Below are positions 1-8,344 of a DNA stretch of 46,041 bases, one piece after another. Within the stretch, counting starts at the first letter, position 1; every line of letters begins with the position of its first letter. The notes under the pieces are model-generated. The model saw only the letters and a program-made list of their open reading frames with translations, searched no databases and was not told where the DNA came from. Origin of the DNA: Candidatus Iainarchaeum sp. (lineage in GTDB: Archaea > Iainarchaeota > Iainarchaeia > Iainarchaeales > GW2011-AR10); assembly GCA_016198165.1 (NCBI GenBank), contig JACQJF010000039.1, positions 1 through 46,041 of the forward strand, read 5' to 3'. Made by a program: the position numbers and the translations under genes.

Positions 1-462
1 TAAAATTATTATTAAAAATAGTGCAATCCACCAACCATTATCCTTAATCAAAGGAAATAACCAACAGGCTATATCTGGGTGTAATAGGTTAACATAATAA
101 TAAACAACGGCAGCAAATCCAAAATAAATCAAAGCTAAACAAGTTAAGACTCTGACTATTTTTATTTCAGATTCTTGGTTTGAATTTGTTACTAAAAAAA
201 CAATAAGGGCAATTAGTAATAAGACAAAACCAAGTCCTTGAATAAATAATGGAACTCCATACATTGTTTCGTTAAATGTTTTTGTCTTTTCTTGTATTGA
301 AACTTCATAGAGTGTCTTGTTGCACTTCATAGTATTTTCATTTTGAGGAATAAAAAAATCTTCTCGAGAACTAAAAAAACCAAACATTCCTGAACCAATC
401 AACAATACAATAGAAACTATCGCCATGACATGTTCTCTTTCCATGTCATTTTTATCTTTCAT
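1..462 (-). CDS. Hypothetical multi-pass membrane protein, partial (runs off the left edge)
   Basis: Manual translation from ATG at 462: MKDKNDMEREHVMAIVSIVLLIGSGMFGFF...GWWIALFLIIIL. The frame is open to position 1, has about 4 hydrophobic segments and is AT-rich. It is not in the ORF track. Confidence 0.65.
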   Translation of the reverse strand, partial: MKDKNDMEREHVMAIVSIVLLIGSGMFGFFSSREDFFIPQNENTMKCNKTLYEVSIQEKTKTFNETMYGVPLFIQGLGFVLLLIALIVFLVTNSNQESEIKIVRVLTCLALIYFGFAAVVYYYVNLLHPDIACWLFPLIKDNGWWIALFLIIIL

Positions 463-499
463 ATAAAACACTTGTTTAGAGTCGTTCCGAGAGAAACCT

Positions 500-521
500 T
501 TTACCCGCTTTAGCGGGTAAA
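500..521. repeat. Perfect hairpin TTTACCCGC-TTTA-GCGGGTAAA
   Basis: 9-bp inverted repeat with a TTTA loop, read directly in intergenic DNA. Confidence 0.7.
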
Positions 522-694
522 TGAATCGAGGCTACGGTATGGGGCAGACAAGTTTTTGGTCTTATTTTGCTCTAATATAAATCATTTTCATCCACACTGA
601 ATTAATGTGCAGAAATATTGATAAATGTGCAAAAGTAAATAATTATGCAAGGCCGGGAAAACAGAAGGCTGGAAAATAGCCTTAAAAACCATTG

Positions 695-710
695 TTATAA
701 TAAATTATAA
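695..710. promoter_or_regulatory. Palindromic operator upstream of vapBC (TTATAAT-AA-ATTATAA)
   Basis: Inverted repeat ending 13 bp before the antitoxin ATG, the usual position for TA autoregulation. Confidence 0.45.
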
Positions 711-723
711 TTGGTGTTTTTTC

Positions 724-933
724 ATGCAGGTTTTTGAAACAAAGCTTAGAAAAGTTGGAAGTTCGTGGGGCGCCCTGATTCCACGCGAGGTTGTTAAACA
801 GGAAAAAATCGGGGAAGGCGAGAAGATACAGTTAGCTGTTATTAAAAAGGATTTATCTTTGCTTGAAAAAGCATTTGGGTCGGTAAAGCCGCCGCGGCAT
901 TTCAAGCGGGATCACAAGGACAGAGTGTTTTGA
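724..933 (+). CDS. vapB: AbrB/MazE-type antitoxin (VapB-like)
   Basis: KLRKVGSSWGALIPREVV is a swapped-hairpin AbrB motif. The 69-aa ORF lies immediately before a PIN gene. Confidence 0.85.
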   Translation: MQVFETKLRKVGSSWGALIPREVVKQEKIGEGEKIQLAVIKKDLSLLEKAFGSVKPPRHFKRDHKDRVF

Positions 934-1302
934 GTGATTCTCGACACATATGCCTGGATAGAGTTGTTCAATGGGACAACTAAAGGCAAAAAAGTAAAAG
1001 AACTCATAGCTTTAAACCAGTGCTTTACAAGTGCGATTTCTATTGCAGAGTTAAGCGAATGGGTAGAAAAAGAGAAGCTTGACAGAAAACAGGTTTTTCA
1101 CACGGTGAAAAACCTTTCAACCCTCATTGAGATAAGCCAAGATGATTTGGAGCTGGCGGGAATTTTGAAAACAGAAAAAAGAAAAACTGTAAAAGACTTC
1201 GGCATGATTGATTCAATAATTTTGGCGACAGCAAAAAACTATAAACTAAAAATTGTGACAGGGGACAAACATTTCAAAGGCGAAAACACGATAATGCTGT
1301 AA
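934..1302 (+). CDS. vapC: PIN-domain toxin (VapC)
   Basis: Conserved acidic PIN residues in ILDTYAWIE...AEL...DSIILATA...TGDKHF. Confidence 0.9.
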   Translation: MILDTYAWIELFNGTTKGKKVKELIALNQCFTSAISIAELSEWVEKEKLDRKQVFHTVKNLSTLIEISQDDLELAGILKTEKRKTVKDFGMIDSIILATAKNYKLKIVTGDKHFKGENTIML

Positions 1303-1308
1303 ACCATA

Positions 1309-1581
1309 TTATTTTTTCCGAAACTCGTTTAACACGCCGATTCCTTTTTCAGTGATTTCCAGGTAAACCGGTTTGCCGTTTGGATTGATTTCGCGCGCGT
1401 ATCCTTCTTCAATCATCAGGTCCAGGTGCTTTTTCACTGCCACGTGCGAGACCCCGACTTTTTCCGCCAGCATGTTGAGGTAGCAGGGTTTTTGTTCAAG
1501 CCCCGCCTTGTGAATCTCGTGCAGGAGTTTCACGCGCATTGCGGCACCTTTTCCCCAGTAGAAGAGAATGGATTTTGGCAT
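1309..1581 (-). CDS. Winged helix-turn-helix transcriptional regulator (ArsR-like)
   Basis: LAEKVGVSHVAVKKHLDLMIEEG forms the HTH, followed by wing KPVYLEITEKG. Confidence 0.8.
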   Translation of the reverse strand: MPKSILFYWGKGAAMRVKLLHEIHKAGLEQKPCYLNMLAEKVGVSHVAVKKHLDLMIEEGYAREINPNGKPVYLEITEKGIGVLNEFRKK

Positions 1582-1582
1582 T

Positions 1583-1885
1583 TCATTCCTCTAACTCCAA
1601 TGCCGTTTTCTCGCGGATTTTTTTCATCGAAGAATACAAGCCGTATGCGGCGTAGGCAAACGAGAACGAGCCGATTGCCTGGGCAAGCAGTTTAACCTCT
1701 CCCGTCAGGGGCTGTGAAAACAGGAAGTTTTCGGAAAAAAAACCCGCTGCAAAGGCAAGCGCGGAGGCAAAGAAAAAAACCCAGAACCTTTCCCCGCCCG
1801 TTTCGCGCGACAAGAGAAAGGAGAAAACCACGGCACAAAGAAAGAACACGCCTGTTAAAAAAACGAAGAAAAAGTCAAAAGCCAT
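1583..1885 (-). CDS. Small 3-TM membrane protein, co-transcribed with the wHTH gene
   Basis: Three hydrophobic helices, with a 1-bp gap to the downstream wHTH gene. Confidence 0.7.
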   Translation of the reverse strand: MAFDFFFVFLTGVFFLCAVVFSFLLSRETGGERFWVFFFASALAFAAGFFSENFLFSQPLTGEVKLLAQAIGSFSFAYAAYGLYSSMKKIREKTALELEE

Positions 1886-1961
1886 GTTTTTTTCCGCAAA
1901 AATTGGTTTGGCGTTAGGTTTAAAAGCACCTATTACAATAAGGTTACATTAAGGTTTCTTA

Positions 1962-2258
1962 ATGGCTGAGTGGTATCTTTTTTTTGGTTTTGCCGTAATA
2001 ACGGGTTTCATGGCTTTGGGGCTCTTCAGTTCAATAAATGCTTCTGATTCCACGCAAGGCGTGGACGTGGTTGTTTCTCTTTCCGAAGACGGGGCACTCA
2101 GGCACGTTTCTTCCCAGAATGCACAGCTTCAGGCAATCCGCAATGCCTCACCGGTAATAAACTTTTCCACCGCAGATATTGACGAGTACGCTTATTTTTC
2201 AGTGCAGGGCATTGAATGCCAATTGTCCTGTGCGAAAAAAGAACAAAAGGAGGACTGA
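1962..2258 (+). CDS. Hypothetical exported or membrane-anchored protein
   Basis: N-terminal hydrophobic helix and C-terminal CxxxC. Lies 7 bp upstream of the DsbA gene. Confidence 0.6.
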   Translation: MAEWYLFFGFAVITGFMALGLFSSINASDSTQGVDVVVSLSEDGALRHVSSQNAQLQAIRNASPVINFSTADIDEYAYFSVQGIECQLSCAKKEQKED

Positions 2259-2265
2259 ATTTTAA

Positions 2266-3066
2266 ATGACTACAGAGACTACAGGGAATAACAAGGGTTT
2301 TTCAGACAGCATGATGCTTTCAGTAAGCATTTTACTGTCAACACTGATCCTTTCCGGGACGCTTTTCTGGGTTGGTTCAGAACTATCAAACAGCCTAACC
2401 GGCTTAGAAATAGCAACGACTGGCAACAGCGGAAACACTGGGGGTACAGTGCAGACTGCGCCATCGCAGAATCCATCGCAGGCGCCGTCTCAAAACCCGG
2501 CAAGCCCCCCACAGGGTGGGACAGTTAAAATGGCTGATTTGCTTGCAGGCGCGTCAGGAACTGACGGTGACCCTAATGCACCGGTAATAATAGTAGAATT
2601 CTCCGACTTTGAATGCCCGTTTTGCGGCAGGTTCCACGATGATTCGGGGCTTCAGATAAGGGAAAACTATGTCAAAACCGGCAAGGTCCAGCTTGTCTAC
2701 AAGGACTTTCCACTGAGTTTCCATCCAAGCGCCCAGCCTTCAGCGGAAGCCGCGAGGTGCGCCGCGGAGCAGGGAAAATTCTGGGAAATGCACGACAAGC
2801 TCTTTGAAAACCAGCAGGCCCTCTCAGACTCTGACCTGAAAGGCTATGCTGTAGGAATAGGGCTGAATGCCGAGCAGTTCAACTCGTGTTTTGACTCGGG
2901 AAAATACACTTCGGCTGTCGAAGCGAATTTCTCCGAAGGCAGCAGGGTCGGTGTAAGCGGCACGCCTAGCTTTTTCATAGGGAAAAGGGACGGCACGGGC
3001 CAGATAATAGTCGGTGCACAGCCTTACTCCAATTTCAAGAGCATCATTGACGGGCTGCTCCAGTAA
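2266..3066 (+). CDS. dsbA: DsbA-family thiol:disulfide oxidoreductase, membrane anchored
   Basis: EFSDFECPFC active site, KDFPL and GTPSF cis-Pro loop, with an N-terminal TM and a PSQ-rich linker. Confidence 0.9.
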   Translation: MTTETTGNNKGFSDSMMLSVSILLSTLILSGTLFWVGSELSNSLTGLEIATTGNSGNTGGTVQTAPSQNPSQAPSQNPASPPQGGTVKMADLLAGASGTDGDPNAPVIIVEFSDFECPFCGRFHDDSGLQIRENYVKTGKVQLVYKDFPLSFHPSAQPSAEAARCAAEQGKFWEMHDKLFENQQALSDSDLKGYAVGIGLNAEQFNSCFDSGKYTSAVEANFSEGSRVGVSGTPSFFIGKRDGTGQIIVGAQPYSNFKSIIDGLLQ

Positions 3067-3078
3067 GTAAAAAAAACC

Positions 3079-3160
3079 GGGGAATTTTCCCCTTTTTTTT
3101 CCTATTTTTTTTTATTTTTTTTTTACTATTTTTCTTTAAAAAAAAGGAACTGTTTTTTTC
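3079..3160. terminator. Hairpin plus long T tracts between convergent genes
   Basis: GGGGAATTTTCCCC is preceded by an A-run and followed by several T-runs. Confidence 0.5.
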
Positions 3161-4106
3161 ACTTTATTTTTTCCGCGAGTTTTTCAAGCATGTCTTTTGT
3201 CATCGAGGCCAAATCGTATTTTGGTTTCCAGCCCCACTCCCTGCGCGCAGTGGAGTCGTCAAGGGATTTTGGCCACGAGTCCGCGATTGCCTGGCGGAAA
3301 TCAGGCTTGTAGTCTATCATGAATTCCGGGATATGTTTTTTGATTGACTCGGCCTGTTCTTTCGGCGAAAAGCTCATCGCGTTCACGTTGAAGTCGCAAT
3401 GGTGTTTTAGTTTTGAAATCGGGGCTTGTGCCAGGTCCATGATTGCCTTGAGGGCATCCGGCATGTACATCATGGGCAGGTAAGTGTCGGGCTTCAAGAA
3501 ACAGGTGTAACTTTTTTTCTTCAGCGCTTCGTAATAAATTTCAACCGCGTAATCGGTTGTCCCGCCGCCGGGGAGCGCTTCGCTGCTGATTATTCCCGGG
3601 AACCTCAACCCCCGCACGTCAAGGCCAAATTTTTTGAAGTAATAATTCCCCAGGAGCTCTCCTGCGACTTTTGTCACGCCGTACATGGTTGTCGGGCGCT
3701 GTATGGTCTCGTTTGGCGTGTTGTCGCGCGGCGTCTCGGGGCCGAATGCTGCAATGGAGCTTGGCATGATTATCCTTTCAAGTGGCAATTCGCGTCCGAT
3801 TTCAAGTGCATTGTATAACCCGTTCATGTTCACGTTCCACGCAAGGCCTGGGTTTTTTTCCCCGCTTGCAGAAAGGATTGAAACCAGGTGGTAAAGCGTG
3901 TCAATGCCGTGCTCTTTTATTTTTCCCTCAAATGCTTTTTTGTCAGTGACTTCGACAGAGTCACAGGGGCCTTCCATGAGTTTTTCCGATGGCTTGCTTT
4001 TATGCCCGATTGCAACCACGTTTTCGTTGCCGTATTTTTTCCTCAAAGCAGGCACCAATTCCGACCCTATCTGCCCAAAAGCTCCCGTCACCATGATTTT
4101 CCTCAT
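3159..4106 (-). CDS. tdh: L-threonine 3-dehydrogenase (extended SDR, NAD-dependent epimerase fold)
   Basis: GAFGQIG Rossmann motif, PSSIAAFG, YGVTK catalytic motif and GGGTTDYAV signature. Start moved to ATG 4106 (MRKIMVTG), which has an upstream GGAGTGGTG RBS-like sequence. Confidence 0.85.
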   Translation of the reverse strand: MRKIMVTGAFGQIGSELVPALRKKYGNENVVAIGHKSKPSEKLMEGPCDSVEVTDKKAFEGKIKEHGIDTLYHLVSILSASGEKNPGLAWNVNMNGLYNALEIGRELPLERIIMPSSIAAFGPETPRDNTPNETIQRPTTMYGVTKVAGELLGNYYFKKFGLDVRGLRFPGIISSEALPGGGTTDYAVEIYYEALKKKSYTCFLKPDTYLPMMYMPDALKAIMDLAQAPISKLKHHCDFNVNAMSFSPKEQAESIKKHIPEFMIDYKPDFRQAIADSWPKSLDDSTARREWGWKPKYDLASMTKDMLEKLAEKIK

Positions 4107-4154
4107 TTTTCCACACCACTCCATTTTTTTTTCCATTGGAAGGATTTTCCAAGG

Positions 4155-4250
4155 TATAGCAAAGAGCATAAATATTTGAACTTTATAATTGCTCTTTGCA
4201 TAATAGCAAACTGCACCAAAAATGTTCAAAAATATAAGCAGTTTGCTATA
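4155..4250. repeat. Twin-hairpin dispersed element, copy 1
   Basis: TATAGC...GCTATA ends and two internal hairpins. It is the reverse complement of 15746-15842 apart from a 1-nt indel. Confidence 0.9.
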
Positions 4251-4279
4251 TTTAAAACTGCAAAAATCTATTAAATGCG

Positions 4280-4816
4280 TCAGCGGCGCAAATGCCTGCG
4301 CTTTCTTGTGGCAATATTTATATTTCCAGACCACGTTCTGGAAATTTTTTCCGGTAGTTCTGGGGCTGGGGTTTTGCGGTTCCTGCCAAAGTGCCTCCGC
4401 GGGTATTCCCTCATTTTTTCGGCAAGGCTAAGCATTTCCGGGCTTTGATCATACCTTCTTATCCTGAACCCTTTTTTTCTTGCCATGCCTATGAGCCTGT
4501 AAGTCATTTTTGTCGCAATGCCCTGCCTTCGCAAGTTGCCCTCCACGACGTGTGTCATAGTTGTAACGATTAATTTTATTTGAGGGTGTTCAGAGTACGA
4601 GATTACTGCAACCGGTTTTGTGCCCAAAAACCCGAGCAAAAACTTGGCTCCTTGTTCCGCATCTTTTTTTATGCCATCAATTAGGTTTTGGAGGTGCCCT
4701 GCTGATGCTTCTGGAGTGTAGCCTTCTGCATAGGCTATTTTTCTTGCCTGTTCGTCTGTTATGCTTCCCTCGGCTACCTGGTAATGCAGGCTGATTCTTT
4801 TTTTCCCCGGCTCCAT
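4280..4816 (-). CDS. GNAT-like acetyltransferase with an Arg-rich C-terminal tail
   Basis: VEGNLRRQGIATKM matches the acetyl-CoA-binding motif A. Start at ATG 4816 (MEPGKK), coupled to the upstream ORF. Confidence 0.6.
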   Translation of the reverse strand: MEPGKKRISLHYQVAEGSITDEQARKIAYAEGYTPEASAGHLQNLIDGIKKDAEQGAKFLLGFLGTKPVAVISYSEHPQIKLIVTTMTHVVEGNLRRQGIATKMTYRLIGMARKKGFRIRRYDQSPEMLSLAEKMREYPRRHFGRNRKTPAPELPEKISRTWSGNINIATRKRRHLRR

Positions 4817-4817
4817 T

Positions 4818-5024
4818 TCACTGCCTGTCGATTGTCTTGAGGAAATCGTGTTTTGCGCGCTCAAGCATGCCGACGACCATGTGGAGTTCTGCCTTTGACA
4901 TAGTGCTTGAGACAAAGCGCGTGTCGTCGCCTTCCTTAAAGGCAAAGAAAAAATACAGCGGCTCTACGCCCTGTTCTTTTGCTTCTTTTGAAAGCGCTTG
5001 TTTTAGTTTGTCTGCGTTTGACAT
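4818..5024 (-). CDS. Small hypothetical protein
   Basis: 68 aa, GGAGGGAG RBS-like sequence upstream, abuts the GNAT gene. Confidence 0.65.
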   Translation of the reverse strand: MSNADKLKQALSKEAKEQGVEPLYFFFAFKEGDDTRFVSSTMSKAELHMVVGMLERAKHDFLKTIDRQ

Positions 5025-5133
5025 TTGAAGTCTCCCTCCTTTTTTGTAACAATCTATTTTTGGATTAAACTTTATATTATTGCCCCGTTGAAAACGGGGT
5101 ACGTATGCGTCGCGGGCTCACGCAAGGGCCCGT

Positions 5134-6657
5134 TTAGTTGAATGTAAGGTTAAAGCTTTTTGACTCTTCCACGCGCAGTGGCGCGATTTTCCGTGGGTTG
5201 TCAAAGGTTGCAGTCACGGAGCAAATCATCACGCTTCCGCTGTCGATGCTTGAGGGGGCCTGGATGATGTAGTTGACCTGCTTTGTTTCCCTGGGGTCGA
5301 CCTGGGCAATGAACGAATCGCCTATGATGACCCATGGGGCTGGTTCGTCGCTGCATTCCACAGAAAGCGACAGGTTCTGTATCACGAGGCTGCCGGTGTT
5401 TCGCAGTGTGAGCGTGCCGGCTTTTGTCTGGTAGGAGCCCGTGTCGTCGTCAAACTGTATTGTCTGGTTCGACAGGCCTGAAAGCTCTATGCTTGTCGAG
5501 CTTTTTGACGCAACCAGGTCAAGCTCTTTCGCGATTTCGAAAAAAGATGTTTTAAAGACAATCTGGCCGCCGATGTTTTCAGTGCCTGCACCCGGCGGGA
5601 AATTTATTTCCCCGACAGGCACCGTGACGCGTATCCCTATTTCCTGTGAAGCTCCTGCACGAATCTCCGGTATGGGGACTTCCCTTGAGAAAGTGAACCA
5701 GTTTCCGACGTCTTCTATGCTCGAGTATTGCACGTCGTTGATTGCAATCACTATGTCGAGGTTCTCGATGTCAAGGGCTGTCTGGTTTCGGATGGTGAAC
5801 CTTTTTTCGACAAGCGCGGAGCCCTCCTCGATTGTCCCGAAGTTGGTTGTCCCGCTGATTGTGACTTTTCTCTGGTCGAATGAAAGCAGGTCAAACGAAA
5901 CTGTTTTTTTCGCACCCGCACTGTTGAGGCCCTTTACCCTGATTGTGCCTAAAAGCCCGCTTTTTATCTCCGAGTTTGACAGGTCTGTTTTGACCTGGAG
6001 AGTCACGGGCACTGTTTTCTGCCCCGGCGGCACGCTGACAGGCTTTTCGTACGACGCGGTCATTATTTTTTCGCCAAGGCTTCCCTCAAACACGAGTTCG
6101 ATTTCCTCTGTGGACTGTGAATCGTTTTTCAAGAGGACGTTCACGGTTTCAATCTGGCCAAGCACGAGTTTCTCCGGGAACTGTTCCTCAAGCGACAACT
6201 CAACGTCCAGGTTTTTTTCCAGTATTGCCGTGATTTCCGCATTGTCGGCTACTTCAAACGCTGTCTTTGCCGGGGTCTTGTACCCGCCTGCAATTACTGA
6301 ATAATGATACGCGCCTTTCCTGAGGCTTGTTTTTCCCCCGCTTTCAACCGTTGCAATCGTTTTCCCGTCGGCTCCGAGTATTTTCACCGAAGCGCCACTC
6401 ACTTCGATGCCCTCGGTGTCATTGACAATGAAAGTGATTTCTTTCACGCTTCCAATGAAAAAATCGTAGAGCAGAAACAGTGCAAGCAGGCCAATGACAG
6501 CTATCGCGATTTTTTTCTTGTGCGCCTTTAACACGTCGAGGATTTTGAGGCCTGTTTCTTTGGCCTTGTCAAGGGGGCTGTCCTCATAGACGCCTTCCAT
6601 TTCATCCCCGCTTGAAGGGGAGTCATATTTGCCGGATTCTTCAGGCTTGTCGTACAA
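5134..6657 (-). CDS. Membrane-anchored extracellular protein with tandem Ig-like beta-sandwich domains (COG1470/CARDB-like)
   Basis: A single TM (IAIAVIGLLALFLLY) is followed by repeats such as TLTLRNTGS and FTIRNQT. Start is uncertain (TTG 6657 or ATG 6600). Confidence 0.7.
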   Translation of the reverse strand: MYDKPEESGKYDSPSSGDEMEGVYEDSPLDKAKETGLKILDVLKAHKKKIAIAVIGLLALFLLYDFFIGSVKEITFIVNDTEGIEVSGASVKILGADGKTIATVESGGKTSLRKGAYHYSVIAGGYKTPAKTAFEVADNAEITAILEKNLDVELSLEEQFPEKLVLGQIETVNVLLKNDSQSTEEIELVFEGSLGEKIMTASYEKPVSVPPGQKTVPVTLQVKTDLSNSEIKSGLLGTIRVKGLNSAGAKKTVSFDLLSFDQRKVTISGTTNFGTIEEGSALVEKRFTIRNQTALDIENLDIVIAINDVQYSSIEDVGNWFTFSREVPIPEIRAGASQEIGIRVTVPVGEINFPPGAGTENIGGQIVFKTSFFEIAKELDLVASKSSTSIELSGLSNQTIQFDDDTGSYQTKAGTLTLRNTGSLVIQNLSLSVECSDEPAPWVIIGDSFIAQVDPRETKQVNYIIQAPSSIDSGSVMICSVTATFDNPRKIAPLRVEESKSFNLTFN

Positions 6658-6810
6658 AAAAAACCACGCTTTTGATTGCATTAAGAAAAGATAAAAGAAT
6701 AATAAAAAGGTTTGTGCCCCCGCGCCCCCAAAAACAGGGGTTTTTTTGCCAGGGTAAAGGATATTATTCATTTATTTCATTAAATACTATTGATAGGGTG
6801 TATTTTTTCC

Positions 6811-7203
6811 ATGGATAATCGCAAGGTTTTTGCGGGCCTTTTGCTCCTTGTAGCGGGCCTTTTGCTTGCTTTTGCCTTTCTTTCAATTGCCGGCCGTAGC
6901 ACGAGCGGTTTTTCGGAGGCCTTTTTGCAGGGGCATTCAACGCGTGTTGAAGGCAATAAGGTTTTTTTTTCTTTCAGGCTTGAGAACCACGAGGGCCGGG
7001 GCATGGAGTACTTTTACAGTGTTTTTTTTGACGGAAAAAAAGTCCTTGAAAAAAGCCAATTTGTCGAAGATGGTTATTTTGTAGAAACGGCCGAGACAAT
7101 TGCAGTGGAAACTGGTTTTAGCGGGAAAAAGAAAGTTGCCGTGGAAATATCAAGCCCCACTAAACCGGTTGGCTTGTCGTTGTTTTTCTGGGTTTACCCG
7201 TAA
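6811..7203 (+). CDS. Exported protein, DUF1616-like C-terminal domain
   Basis: Signal or TM segment, LENHEG motif and C-terminal LFFWV. Confidence 0.55.
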   Translation: MDNRKVFAGLLLLVAGLLLAFAFLSIAGRSTSGFSEAFLQGHSTRVEGNKVFFSFRLENHEGRGMEYFYSVFFDGKKVLEKSQFVEDGYFVETAETIAVETGFSGKKKVAVEISSPTKPVGLSLFFWVYP

Positions 7204-8254
7204 CGTTTTTTTCCCGCTTCTTGCCTTCAAGCCGTTGTATGTACTTGTCTTTTGTGGAGATTATTTCCTTGAGGCTGTCCACAAGCTCCTGTTTTTCCGC
7301 CAGTTGTTTGCTCAGAAAGCTTATTTTTTTCCTGAAGTCTTCCTGTGCCTGGCTGCGCGCGTTTGTTTTTTCCTCTTCAAGCGAAAGAATCTGTTTCGAA
7401 TAAGCGTTCCTGAGTTTGAGTGTCTCGTTTTCAATGTCAAGCACTATGCGCTTTGCATAGTCGCGCTCTTTTTTCAGGGCCGTTGAGAGTTCAAGCATTT
7501 TTCCCCCCAGTTGCAGCTCGAGCTCTTCAAGGGTGCGGTGCTTTTCAACGGCCATTGAATGGGTTTGTTCAAGCTGCTCCATTGACCGGCGGTGCGATTC
7601 AAGTGATGCCTGTAAAAGTTTTTGTTCCTCGCCAAGCCTGCGGGACAAAATGCTGATGTCTTTTTCCATGTCCTGGCTCGTGTTGTCTTCAATGCGCGCA
7701 AGGTAGGAGTGTTTCCTGATTTCCTCGTATTTTCCGCGAAGAAGCTGGAGCTCTTTTTCTTTTTCCTCCAAGAGCTCGAGTATTTTTTTCGCGCCTTTTC
7801 CTGGTGCGTAATCAGGAGTGGTTTCCCTTCTTTCAAGGATGCTAAGCCTTTCGACAATGAACCGTGTCTTGAGCAGAACCGCAAGGACTTTCTGTTCAAG
7901 CGACGAATAGTTTTCAGTGTTCGTTATTTCATCCGCAATCAGGCCTATCCCTCTTTGCATGGTTTTTTTTGCCACGCTTTGCTCGATTTCCCTGTTTCTT
8001 TCGAGTATCTGCATGGTGGAACCGATTTCCTGGATATGGGTGTCAAGGCCTGCAAAGCTTTTTCCATCTTTTTCGAATGCCACGGCGGCTTCGCTGAACA
8101 TGCCCTTTATCTGTTCCAGCGAGTGGATTGTGTTTATGGCGGAATAAATGAACGAGGCGCGCGAGTGGTCTTTCCACTGCTTTGCATTAAGTCTGTCCTG
8201 CAGCCTGTCCACGGCCCCGGTTATTTTGTCCGAAACTGTTATTGAAAGCGCCAT
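7160..8254 (-). CDS. Long coiled-coil hypothetical protein
   Basis: E/K/L-rich heptads over more than 200 aa. Start placed at MALSITV. Confidence 0.75.
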   Translation of the reverse strand: MALSITVSDKITGAVDRLQDRLNAKQWKDHSRASFIYSAINTIHSLEQIKGMFSEAAVAFEKDGKSFAGLDTHIQEIGSTMQILERNREIEQSVAKKTMQRGIGLIADEITNTENYSSLEQKVLAVLLKTRFIVERLSILERRETTPDYAPGKGAKKILELLEEKEKELQLLRGKYEEIRKHSYLARIEDNTSQDMEKDISILSRRLGEEQKLLQASLESHRRSMEQLEQTHSMAVEKHRTLEELELQLGGKMLELSTALKKERDYAKRIVLDIENETLKLRNAYSKQILSLEEEKTNARSQAQEDFRKKISFLSKQLAEKQELVDSLKEIISTKDKYIQRLEGKKREKNVTGKPRKTTTSQPV

Positions 8255-8344
8255 TTTTGACCAGAAATACATTGGGCGTTGTATTATTTATTTGTTTTTG
8301 GGAATCAAAAATTTATTATACTACTTTGAATTGGATATTAGCGG

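Noticed and set aside
4107..4334. N-terminal extension of the 391-aa ORF, and ORF 15787-16206
   Set aside because: Both read through the non-coding twin-hairpin element. The tdh homology and RBS start at 4106.
4817..4945. Extension of the GNAT ORF to 221 aa
   Set aside because: It overlaps the 68-aa ORF, which has its own RBS. ATG 4816 is the coupled start.
5441..6304. 287-aa plus-strand ORF and similar antisense ORFs over aspS, gatB and phn genes
   Set aside because: Antisense shadows of well-supported genes.
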